Shown: positions 40,903-53,339 of the stretch, piece by piece | Layout of the letters: every line of letters starts with the position of its first letter | Position numbering within the stretch: position 1 is the stretch's first letter | Assembly: GCF_001194135.2 (NCBI RefSeq) | Contig: NC_068996.1 | Location: forward strand, 22,315,183-22,379,182 | Direction of reading: 5' to 3' | Source of the DNA: Octopus bimaculoides | Taxonomy: Eukaryota | Length of the DNA: 64,000 bases | The notes under the pieces: model-generated | Databases searched by the model: none | Told to the model about the DNA's origin: nothing | The model's input: only the letters and a program-made list of their open reading frames with translations | Position numbers and translations under genes: made by a program

Positions 40903-42083
40903 CTAACCAAATGCACAGGATTTTCAAGTGTGTATTTTTTCTTTTTTTTGTATTAATTGCAAAACATACATGCATACAAGTGCAGAGCTTCAAGGCAACA
41001 TTGGTGTATCCCCTCGCACCCTGGACGCTGAGAACCCTCAAACCATTATTCCTGGGATGGTTATGGCAGTAGAGTTCTCAGGCACATCCTCTGTAGAGTC
41101 CTGTCAGAGCAGACATAAGATTTTACAGTTGGATTCCCAAACATAACCAACTTAAGCCACGGACACTGTTGCTTGTCCCTAGTATAAAGCTACCTTTCCA
41201 CCCTTAAAAATACAACCCCCACCTAGTCAAGAGCACTTTCCCTTTTCCCCTTTTGTTTTTTTGTCTTACAAGCTAACTGACTGCTTCACCAGTGCCAGTG
41301 GCACAAAAAAAACACACTCAATATGTGGCATTAGGAGGAGCATCCAGCCGTAGAAACCAAGCCAAAGCCCAAGAAGAAGCAAGATGCAACTCTGTGGCTC
41401 CTGTCAAATAATCCAACCCATGCCAGCATGGAAAACAGACATTAATCGATGATGATGGTGACTTCAATTTGAGGCAATAAATGTAAGATGAGAGGAAAAA
41501 AGATCATTAACCACTTTGTAGGAAAACTACAGATTAAGATTAGTCATAGGCTCTGAATCTAATTAAACATGATTATCTAAATCTGAAAGATGACAAGTGA
41601 GAATCTTCCCATTATTAAAGCGTTCTGCCTTCTAAGCACATGATTTCGGGTTCAATCCCACTGCATGGCACTTTGGGCGACTTCTACTACAGCCTCAGGC
41701 TAACCAAAGCCTTGTGAGTGGATTTGGTGGCAGACAGAAACTGTGTACTTGTGTGCATATATATGTGTGTGTGTGTCCTTGTTTGTCCTCCAACCACACG
41801 ATATAACAATCAGTGTCAGTTTGTTTGTATCTCCATAATTAAGCAGTTCAGCAAAAGAGTTCAGCTTAAAACATAAGTACCATGGTCCACTTGTTTGACT
41901 AAACCCTTAAAGGAAGTACCTCAACATGGCCACATTCTAGTGGCTGAAGCAGACAAAAGTTTTTTGGTTTTTTTTTTCTTATGTATGTATATCTGTGCTT
42001 CTGTATGTATATGCAGATATGAGCATGTATTTGGTTGTACTGTTCCTAATTTTAAGCTCAAAATAAGCCCAACAATTAATTAC

Positions 42084-45000
42084 CTCAACTGATCCAACAC
42101 CAGACAGACACACCTGATTTAAATCACTTAGAGTTAAATATAAAAGTTAGGTTAAAAATCATCTCAGCTTGTTAACCCTTTCAATGTCAAAGCAGTCATG
42201 CCATCCAGATAATCTAATGAGCTGTTAGAAAGTGTGAACAAACCAAAAATCAATGACTTGTAAGTCATATTTAACTGCATGTAACTATCCAAACAATCAT
42301 TATATTATATTTTGGGTGCATACACACACATATATAAAATATATTTGGCAATCTAAGGTTTCTCTCTCAGAGCGAAAGGAAGATTGTCTGATGCATGTAT
42401 ACAAACAGCATTTCTACATGGTAGTGAAACATGGGCCCCGAACGCAGAGGACATGCAAAGGCTAGAGAAAATGAGGCTAGCATGCTCTGCTGGACATGTA
42501 ATGTAAGTTTGACAGAGTCCTGGTGTATTGAGAGAGAAATGAACCATAAAAGGAATATCAGTTGCTGTGTGCAAAAGAGAAGACTGTGCTGGTTTGGTCA
42601 TGTGATTCGAATCGATGCCAACAGCCCCATAAAGAAATGTTGATCTCTCAAAGCAGATGGAACACATAGAAGTGAGAGTCCTATGAAGACATGCGATGAA
42701 ATACTGGACAATGACTTCCAAATGCTGAACCTCTCAGATGAGATGACAAAGGATCGAGATACCTGGTAACTTGCTGTACTCAAGACCCATCCTCCACAGC
42801 AAAAGTGTTAAGGCTGGTCCCTCTGGTGAAGAGGATTGGCCTGCAAGAGTCGTGTGCCAGTGCCACGTAAAAGCGCTCATGTGGTATGCTGTAAAAGCAC
42901 TCATGCAGTACCATGTAAAAGCAATTGTGTGATGCCACGTTAAAAGCACGCAGCACACACTGTAAAGTTGTTAGTGTTAAGAAAGACATCCAGCTATAGA
43001 AACCAAGTCAAATCAGACTAGAACTTGGTGCAGCTCTCCAGCTCTTGTCAATCTATCCAACCCATACCAGCATGGAAAACAGACGTTAAAGGATGATGAT
43101 ACAAACACACACACACACATAATACATACATGCATACGTGAGCTAGATTCATGTGTTTTGCCCTGTCGCTCGTTTTGATCTTTTCTCAGTCTTCCCTCTA
43201 GTGTCCAACGAAGGACTGTCAAAACGCTATACTTTTACTTTAAAACTTCTATTCCTTCTTGGAGTGCCAACCTAATAACATTAATTGTGAATGTCCATTG
43301 GACTTTTGATGTTTGTATTTGTATTAATACACACACTTAATGCCCTGACGTGCAACTAATTCCTCAGTCAGCTGAAAGAACAGCTTACACTATAACAGTG
43401 ACAGATCGCTGGATTAACCTAAATAAATTACGATATTGAGTACTTTTTCTCCTGTTCGTTAAACTCAACATAGTGTGCATGTGTAGGCATAAAGAAACAC
43501 ATATATGCATGTGTAGGCATAAAGAATCCATGATAAACCGATGACCGTTAATAAACAAAATTGTTTTTTTAAATCCCTCAAAAGAAGAGGAACCAATATT
43601 GAGCAAGTGATTCATGGTTTGGACGGTTCTGTAGTTACAGACAGTAACTGCTTTTATTCTTAAAAAAAACTCATAAAACTATGAGATGACTAAATATACG
43701 AGGTGCATGGAGCATCAACTGGTAATGCGTAGGTAGCTACAAAAGTCGCCTCAAATGTCTCACAACTCTCACTTCTGTCCCACATATATATATTACTTAC
43801 ACAATTGCGAATACTCACCCATACGGCTTGGGAAGAACATGAAATAAAATAAAAACGGAGTTAAATGTGCGCGCGTGTGTGTAGGCGCATATTTGTGCGT
43901 TATCTGTTTAAAGAAACAGTGTACGGATATAGAGTTTGTAAAGGAGAAGAGGAATGTCTTAACATGGACTAAATTCATGCATGTAATGAGATGAATGTGA
44001 GCAGAGAGTGAGAGACACATAAATACTTGATTTAAGCAATACACACGTACATATCATATACATACATATGTCTGTGTGTGTGTGTTCTTCACATACACAG
44101 CTTTCTTTTAAAATAAGGATAGATTGAATACAAACGTGAGATATACAAAGAGGCTGCTATGTTATGTTAGAAAATGAACGAAGGCAAATGGGGCAAAAAA
44201 CTAACTTGTTACACATTTTTTATTTCTTTTTCCTGATACCATAACACTGCTTCCTTGTTTACTAAACAAAGGAATGTTCGGATTACAAGTGACAGCTGGA
44301 AGTCATGATTTGAAAAATTACAGCCAAATAAATGAAATGGGTGGAAACAAACAAAATTGTCGTTTTTCAGTAATTGAAATTAACTCCAAATAATATTTTT
44401 TAAAGACAACGAAAAAATGTTTTAAATAAGCCGAGGAAAGAAAATTATACATATATATATATATATATAGACTAATCATAGCAATAATGCATACATACAC
44501 ACACACACCTCCCTCTCTCAAACATTGTGCCTGCATTTTAAAAACTTCATAATCTATTAAAAGTACAATATTTAAAAATAACTGGGTTGTTAAATAAACA
44601 AATAGATAAATGAATAAATACATAAATAAATGAATGACAAGCGAAATTATAAGTTATATCGCTACAGAACGGCGCATTCCTTACTGAATGAACAAAGGAA
44701 GAATAGCGATTATATCAGTTTAAGTTAAAAGTGACAAGTATGAACTAGTGAAAAAAGAAAAAACCTATTTCGAAAAATAGTAACAAAGCAGCTAAAGTCT
44801 AAGATGATATCAGAATTTCTTGTTACTTCCAGGGTGTTTATTGTTAAACATATAAAAATAGCGGGTACTTTATAGTTATTTTATAGTTTATTTTTTAGCA
44901 CTGCAATGAAATACTATTTCTCACGTTAAAACTTATTACATTATAAGGGACGTGTTCGTTTTGATCGGTAAATATACAAAATTTATGTGAAAATTATTTC

Positions 45001-47152
45001 CGAATGTGTTTTAAAACAGATTGTTGACTGGAAAAATATGGGGAGAAAAACAGCTAAGATATATTCTTTTAACAGCTAAAGTTTTAAAATCACGATCGAT
45101 CCTTTTAAGTCATTGAATGGGTTAGCTANNNNNNNNNNNNNNNNNNNNNNNNNNNNNNNNNNNNNNNNNNNNNNNNNNNNNNNNNNNNNNNNNNNNNNNN
45201 NNNNNNNNNNNNNNNNNNNNNNNNGAAAATACTAAACTGAAATGTTACCGGGGAAGAGGGGTAAGCAATACGGAATCCCCCTTTCTACGATTATGGAACA
45301 GTCTACACCATGAGTCACTTACAGGTTTACTCAATATTGGAATCCCCTTGTTCAGATACTTTGAAAAACCAAAATTTACACAAAGAGTGTGCAAGATTGC
45401 GTTAAAATGTTTTAGATGGGTACGAAATTAAAAAAATTACTGTTCGAATTTTTTTTTAATCTAGGTGATAAGTATAGTTAAATTAAAAAGTTTTACAGCA
45501 AAGTTATATATATGAACTTGAATATTCAATTATTTTCAATGTGACTTTAATATGAGGCAAGAGCGTGTCAACCTTTTAACAGTTCCTCCCCGCCCCATCT
45601 AAGCAGCATTTTATGAAAATTTTTGGTGGTTTTAGCAATAGATTGATGGGATAGACAGATGGATCATCGTTCGGTTTCAGAGATAAGTATTCCAGTTGGT
45701 CGGAATGACTCCACAGACATGTATACTCTTAACATAATCTTCGGGACAAAATCAACATGGCACGGTGGCAGAGTTAACCCTTTGAAAGAATTATACATAC
45801 AGTTCTCCTGACGAGCTTCTGCAGTTTTCATCTAACCCCCTTTTGTTCACAAGAATTGTCTCGACCTGAAACTAAAATGCCACGCTTTGAGATCGAACTT
45901 GAGATCTCATGATGCCAAAACAAAACAATTCGCCTACTTTTGTCGATTATATTTATAAAGATCCAGCATTCGAAACCAGTATGGCATCATGGACATGTGT
46001 TATCACACATGCATAACTTGACATCAGCAAAGTATTTGAGCGTGCCCGGCAGGCGAATCTACCCACCAACGAGGTCCATCCATTTGTCAGTTGAATTGGT
46101 GGCTTCATATCAATTAGTGTGATGGAGCTCTACACTATCAGCTCTGGTGTACCCGAAGGATCATTTTGTCACCTACGCTTTTACACATCAATGGCATATT
46201 TGCCGCCACTAACAACGCCTATTTCTAGACAAATGATTCCAGATGCAACCAATACATATCACGCCAAGCCTAGACTGACTCCATAAACAGAGACCTCGAA
46301 AACATCCTCCAACAGTCATGCCAATCTTGTTTCCTTCAACAACATGAAGACACGATCATTTCACATAAAGACAACATTGTCTCCAATCCCGTCGACATAA
46401 ACGTGAAGCAACAAGAACTCCCAAAGGCCGCTACAAATGCCTAAGCCTTAAGGGTTCTTGTAGCTCTCTCGGCGAATGCACATCCTTGACACGGCAAAGA
46501 ATGGTTAGAAATATTTCAGGTTCCCAACAACTAACTCTCTCCAAAAATGTATTGCTGTGGTGCAACACTATCTAGGCTGCGTCCAAAAGAAAAGAGTAAA
46601 AAAAGAGCAAAAGCCACCCGCCTGTTTGTCACTGAAGTCATTTAGAACACATTCCAATCTATGATCCGACAGTCAGGCTGGTTTCGTGTCACCTCCACTC
46701 AAGCACTCCCTCGTCACCCATACTGTTACCTCTCCCTTCTCTCCACTACATCCAGTCCTGCCTCCCCAGAACGTTGACCGTCTGGAAATTCCCTCCCTGA
46801 CTTATTTTTCTCCAGCTGCCTTCACCTTGTAATTGCTGAAGCGGAACTTTACTCATGCCGTTACTGCTTCGGCTTCCGAAAGCGATGAATACAGCCCCTC
46901 ACTCTTGACCGATCCCATTAAAAAACCAAATACACTCGACCATATACAGAATTGTGTATACATATATATGTACACACACACACACAATGCATTGCACCAC
47001 AAATGTGTATGTATACACACACGCATACACATAATATATATATATATATATATATATATAATAGAAAAAGAAAACGGAGAAACTGACGCATAGACATCAA
47101 TCCATTTTTGAACATATTCAATTCTGTACAATATATACACACACACACACAC

Positions 47153-47193
<41 letters not shown>

Positions 47194-48671
47194 TCCCATA
47201 AGCACAAATGTGTATGTCTATATACACAGGAAACATGCATGGAATGGACTAACATATTGAGGGCAGTACACCAGCATGGCCTTGGTCGTGGTGGCTTAAA
47301 GAAACTTGGAATATCACGATATTTAGGGAAGAAATAAATAAAATGAACTCGTTTTAATGACAATTATTATGTATGCGTTTGTGTGAAATGAAATAATTTC
47401 ACGAGGAAAACTAAATTACTGTAGCATAAAAATTAACTCTTAACCGAAGAATAACCAATCTACCAATAACAAATATATAACAAGTGTTTAATAGTCCTTT
47501 CATGAGCTAATGTAACTCGGAAATAATGTAAAACTACTTACATCATAACAACTTTTGCTAGATTACAAGAAAAACTACAAAACATTAATATAACACACAT
47601 TTATGGTGTGAGGTGGAAGGAACTAACTTTAAAATCTTGATAGTCACTAGGAGTGGGTTATTAATTACATGTCTTTTATAATATTAAGAAAACTACAGCC
47701 TTTATAGTTTTTCAAAAAAACCTTTTCGCTACTATATTTAGTATTAAATGTTTAAATTATGCATGAGCGAATACATGAAACATAGGTGTTTAAAAAAAAA
47801 GTTTTATAAAGTTTTGATTTAACTCAACACACTGTTAAAAAATAAAAGCAGACCAAATTAATAAGATACTGGAAAGTTTTATATGGAAAAGACGAAAATA
47901 AGAAACTGGAATAATTAATTAATCACAAGAAAATAGCATTATTTGTAAATAATTGCAATTATGAAATTTACAGACAAAAAGCGGATAACAAAATTTAATT
48001 ATATTCATTATCATTTAAATATAAAAACAAACAACAAAACACACTGAATAAAAAAAGTTCAGAAATACATTAAATTTAATAACATTGTAAACAACTATTA
48101 ACAAAATAGCTTACCTTAATAACTGAGAGTAATAACGTCATTAATGTATGTACAAAAATAATTTTAGTATACAAGGAAAAAAAATAGGCGCTGTTAGACA
48201 CTAGCTATAAAGAAGACAGTATTTGTATATTGTTCTTCATGTGCGAACAGCAAGGAAAAAACAGTCCACTTCAGTGGAAGATTCATATTTCTGTTTCTGA
48301 CCTACATCTATCTCTTAAGATGATGAACGGCCAACAGTTGTTTGATTAACTTCTAATTCTCAACTAAAGTTCTCATGGTTTCTCCCACCAACTACCATTT
48401 AAACTAATCCCGGAACAAGTAACTACAATAGTTGTCGTTCTTGAATTAATTTTTTTTTAAAAACGGTGCAACGTGCGCCCCTTGCTTGTTGATATTGGAT
48501 GGAACGATATGTGACTGTAACAGACATTCATTCCCGCGGCCGCTGTTGTTACTGTTTCATATAGTATTGATGGTACTGTTAATTTTGTAGTCGTCGATAG
48601 GGAGAGGAAATGGGAAGTCACAACGGTTATACTTTCGTTTAACGAATGGGAGAATCGAAACTTACAGCCAT
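42084..48671 (-). CDS. 5' part of an unidentified gene built of microexons: 48666-48671 (ATGGCT), 48115-48122, 47542-47557, 45323-45358, 43819-43826, 43389-43418, 43239-43271, 42084-42113
   Basis: Donors gtaagt, gtaagc, gtaagt, gtaagt, gtgagt, gtaagc, gtaaaa, gtaatt with pyrimidine-rich acceptors; splices to MALLSKSCYDYLNKGIPILSKP... without stops; no family recognised. Confidence 0.55.
42350..42830 (+). pseudogene. RTE-clade LINE 3' fragment
   Basis: ENEASMLCWTCNV...RRLCWFGHVIR; 3' tail as at 32400. Confidence 0.8.
46000..46860 (+). pseudogene. Decayed Jockey/CR1-type LINE RT 3' fragment
   Basis: YTISSGVPEGS motif at about 46130 and degenerate downstream RT-like sequence. Confidence 0.55.
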
Positions 48672-49208
48672 GGTGTGGGTATTCGCTGCAATAATATGTG
48701 ATTTGTTTCTCATGTGAACATGAAGCTGGTTATCTTCAGAGAATGCAAACTACTTGTGAGCTCATGAGTCTGTTAATGAAGTGAAAAAAAAAGAAACATA
48801 TACATATAACTATTGCAGACTATTCTTCTAAAATAAGTTGTAACTATAATCTGTTGATAAGATAGAGAATAGAATTCAGAGAGTTGTTCATGTTTTTCGA
48901 AGTTAAATTACCAAAAGCTCTTTACGGTGATTGTTAAAAAGTTAATTCAAGAATCATACCGGCAATTTTATATGTTTTTAGGAAGAATATATGTCATAAC
49001 ATGTCTCAACATCAAAATGTATTATTTCAGCAAATTATGCGTTATTTTGATATAGCAGAAATTGTTATGATTTATACAAAAGGAAATGAGTTTTATTCAG
49101 AAAGTTGACAGCTCTTATTGAATGATTCCTTCCTGTTCGACAGTACAAAATAAGTTGGAGACGGTCGGGGCGACCGAATCCTTCACCTCTTAATCGCAGA
49201 GTCAGTGT

Positions 49209-49221
49209 GTTGCCATGTGAC
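49209..49221. promoter_or_regulatory. X-box-like site GTTGCCATGTGAC upstream of the minus-strand ATG
   Basis: Shares the 14-mer GTGTGTTGCCATGT with 9224-9237; CpG-retaining surroundings. Confidence 0.3.
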
Positions 49222-49414
49222 AATATAAAGTAATATCAATAATTTCTTTCGCTTTTTCACAAGTTTTAGCGCATGTAAAACATTTAAATAAATACGAATA
49301 CAAAGCATGTAATTTGATGCATGGTATGCCCATATGAAAAGCTTGTGTAAAAAGATATATATGTGTGTCTGTGTGTGTAAACATACATATATATGAATAC
49401 ATACTAAATATGTA

Positions 49415-49795
49415 GGCGCAGGCGTGACTGTGGGGTAAGAAGTTTGCTTCCCAACCGCATGGTTCCGAATTCAGACCCACTGTATGGCACCCTAGACAAG
49501 TGACTTCAACTATTGACTGGGGCGACCAAACCTTTGTGAGTGGATTTGGTGGACGGAAACGGTAAGAAGCCCATCGTATATATATATGTATCGGCTTTTG
49601 TCCCCCATCGCTGCTTAACTATCGGTGTTGATGTGTTTACGTCCCCATAACTTAGCGGTTCGGACCAAGAAACCGATAGAATTAGGTATCAAGCTTAAAA
49701 AATAAATGACTACTGGGATCAATTCATTTGACTAAAAATTCCTCAAAGCGGCGTCACAACATGACCAGAGTCAAATGACTGAAGCAAGTAAATGG
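49415..49795 (+). mobile_element. tRNA-derived SINE, family B
   Basis: GGCGCAGGCGTGACTGTGGGGTAAGAAG head through GACTGAAGCAAGTAAA tail. Confidence 0.85.
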
Positions 49796-49929
49796 TATAG
49801 GAATCAACCCCAGTGCGTTTTTGTTTTTTTTTTAAGCTTGGTACTCATACATTTTCTTTCTCATCGCCAACAATCATGTATCTAAATACATATACGTGCG
49901 TGCGAGTACAGAAAGATAGATAGACAGAC

Positions 49930-49968
<39 letters not shown>

Positions 49969-51529
49969 GAGGTAGGTAGGTAGGCAAGAATGGATATGTG
50001 ATGCATATGGATGAGGATAACTGTAAAAATAAATGTTGATTGCTTAATGTGGATGGAGCTTGCAGAAGAGAGTGTTCGGGAAGATATGAGATGAAGTAGT
50101 GAAAGCTCATTTCAGGATCTTCAAGGTTTCAAAGGAGATGTAAAAGGAGCAGGATGATTGGTGATATGCAGTTCTCAAGAAGACCCATCCATCCCAGCAA
50201 AACTGATTTCTGGTACAGCTGTTTGTATATATCGTCATTGTCATCATCATCATCATTACCATTATTATGTAATGTCCAAGGCAGCAAGCTGGCAGAATTG
50301 TTAGCATGCCAGGCAAAAAATGCTTGGAGGTATTTCATCTGTCTTTACATTCTGAGTTCAAATTCTGCCGAGGTTGACTTTACCTTTCATCCTTTCAAGG
50401 TTCAAGACACTCCACCACTCTCTAACTGCAGTACTTCCTTTGGTGCCACTTACTTTTCTTACTACCCAGAACTATTTCACTCATTATCCACCTTCGTCCA
50501 TTAATTAATTCTTTCCACACACAGTTTCTTTGTCTCACCCCCCACCCACTGGGTCAACAACTATCTCTCCTCCACCACCATATGTCTCTCACCCTCCTCA
50601 TGCACAACACCTGCTTTCCCTTCCCCATTGACTCCTGCAATGTATCCAGCATCATGTCATCATTACTATTCTGCTGTTTTGCATATCGCTCATTTCCTGC
50701 TCACCTTTCCCCTCAACTATTGCATCACTAGTGGTCACTTACATCCCTTCCATCAGCAATTCCTTATCCCTCAACTCATCCCATACTCTCTTGCAACTTT
50801 CATCCAACCACACCTTGTCCCTCTGCCCCACTCATTTTACCCACCTTGTATCTTGAAGATCTACCCTGCCAACACATCACCACTATTTTTATCATTCCTA
50901 CCCTCTCTTCTAAAATGTGAGTAGTCATGTAACTCCTCACCTGTTCTGTTCTGGGCCCTTTCATATTTTTTACTCCTCGTCTCCTAGCATAAAGTCACCC
51001 ACTCAGGATTCATAATCTTACAAGTTTGTGTGTCTGTGTTTGTCTTCCCAACATCCATTGACGACCGATGCTGGTGCATTTACTTCCCCATAAACTAGCA
51101 GTTCAGCAAAAGGGATCAATAGAATAAGTACTAAGCTTACAAAGAATGAGTCCTGGGGTTGATTTGCTCAACTAAAAATGTTGCTCCAGCATGACCACAG
51201 TCAAATGGCTCAAACAAGTAAAAGAATAAAAGAATATATGTATATATGCACACATATATATATATATATNNNNNNNNNNNNNNNNNNNNNNNNNNNNNNN
51301 NNNNNNNNNNNNNNNNNNNNNNNNNNNNNNNNNNNNNNNNNNNNNNNNNNNNNNNNNNNNNNNNNNNNNNNNNNNNNNNNNNNNNNNNNNNNNNNNNNNN
51401 NNNNNNNNNNNNNNNNNNNNNNNNNNNNNNNNNNNNNNNNNNNNNNNNNNNNNNNNNNNNNNNNNNNNNNNNNNNNNNNNNNNNNNNNNNNNNNNNNNNN
51501 NNNNNNNNNNNNNNNNNNNNNCTATTACC

Positions 51530-51578
51530 GTCTCCGATGAAGGGATACATTGGATTTTCCCTGAAACAGCTGTAAGAC
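51530..51578 (+). ncRNA. Minimal type I hammerhead ribozyme motif, family 1 (core CCGAUGA)
   Basis: GUCU-CCGAUGA-AGGGA(12 nt)UCCCU-GAAAC-AGCU-GUA-AGAC; all three stems pair; palindromic stem III ACAGCUGU; predicted cut after 51574. Confidence 0.7.
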
Positions 51579-51782
51579 TTTATACATAAAATATAATTCT
51601 AACTTTGCCATTGGTCTCTTAATCTTTTTCTTTCTTTATACATACACACGCTAATACACGACCTATGTTATATTCCCCACTCATGTTGCTACAACGACAG
51701 GGGCAAAACTAGTCGGTATACAGCATTTACTCAGTATTACCTGTATCTTTAGGGTTTGGTTGACTCCAATACCCTTCATAAC

Positions 51783-51825
<43 letters not shown>

Positions 51826-52099
51826 TACACATGTATACACACATATATATAAATACATACATATATTCATGCATATATATATGTATATACATACATATAT
51901 ATATATTATATATATATGTGCATATCATCATCATAATCATTTAACATCTGCTTTCATGCTGGCATGGGTTGGACGGTTTGACAGGAACTGATAAGACAGA
52001 GGGCTGCACCAAATTCCAGTCTGATTTGGCATGGTTTCTATGGCTGGATGCCCTTTCTAATGCCTACCAATCCAAGAGTGTAATGGGTGTTTTTTTTAT

Positions 52100-53040
52100 G
52101 TGCAACCAGCATAGGTGCCATATATATGACACCAGCAACAGTCATGACTATGATTCTATGGGTGCCATTTACATTACACTGGCAACAGCCACAACTACAA
52201 TTTCTCTTGGCTTGACAAGTGTTCTCAAGCACAGCATATCACGAAAGGTCTCGGTCACTTGTTATCCCTTCAATGAGGCCCAACATTTGAAGACTATGCT
52301 ACCAGCAACAGCAGCAATTACAATTTCACAGGTGCCATTTACATGACACTGGTAACGGCCATGACTACGATTTCACTTGGCTTGACAAGTGAAATCGTAG
52401 TCGTGGCCGTTACCATGGCTTGACAAGTCTTCTCAAGCACATCATATTGCCAAAGGTCTTGTTCACTTGTCACCACCTCTGTTAGGCCCAAAATTTGAAG
52501 CTCATGCTGCACTGTCTCATCCCATGTCTTTCTGAGTCTACCTCTTCCACAGGTTCCCTCTGCAGTTAAAGCTTGGCACTTGTTTACATAGTTGTCCTCA
52601 TCTATATGTGTCACATGATCATACTAGTGCATTCATCTCTCATGCACACCACATCTGATGCCACTTATGCCCAGTTTTTGTCTTAAGACATTTACACTCT
52701 GTCATATGCGCACAGTGACATTGTACATCCAACGAAGTGTATTGGCTTCATTTCTTTCAAGCCTTCACATGTCCTCTGCAGTTACAGCCCATGCTTCACT
52801 GCCATGGAGCATGGCTGTTCATACACAAGCATCATACAGTCTACCTGTCATTCTGAGGGTAAGGCCCTTTGTTACCAGCAGAGGTAGGAGCTCTCTGAAC
52901 TTTGCCCAGCTTATATTTATCTGAGCAGCTACACTCTTGGAACATCCACCTCCACTACTAACTTGGTCACCTAGGTAATGGAAGCTATCAATGACTTCTA
53001 GTTTTACCCCTTGGCATTTGATGGAGTCTATTTTCTGTAC
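52100..53040 (-). pseudogene. RTE-clade LINE 3' fragment with duplicated tail
   Basis: IDSFHYLGDQVSSGGGCSKSVAAQINISWAKFRELLPLL...GRGRLRKTWDETV. Confidence 0.88.
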
Positions 53041-53339
53041 GTTTGTAGTGTTTATATATATATATATGTACATTTGTAGTCTGTCTGTGTATATATATAT
53101 ATATAATAATATTAGGGACAAAATCCAAAATTACAGGTAAAAACTCAATTAAAATCAATTTATAAAAAATTAAAATTAAATTGAGCCTTATAGATAAAGT
53201 ATATATAGTTTTAGGGAAAATAACCAATTTTCAAGAACTCATCGATGAAAATCCACTATCACATATAGAAAAATTAACAATTAAAAGCACAATAAATGAG
53301 TATAATATAAAGCAAAGTAAATATCATAAGATAAATATA

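Noticed and set aside
42084-42113. LVLDQLS resemblance to Munc18 VLVVDQLS; YDYLNK resemblance to Rab YDYLFK
   Set aside because: Neither match extends into flanking residues; no gene symbol assigned.
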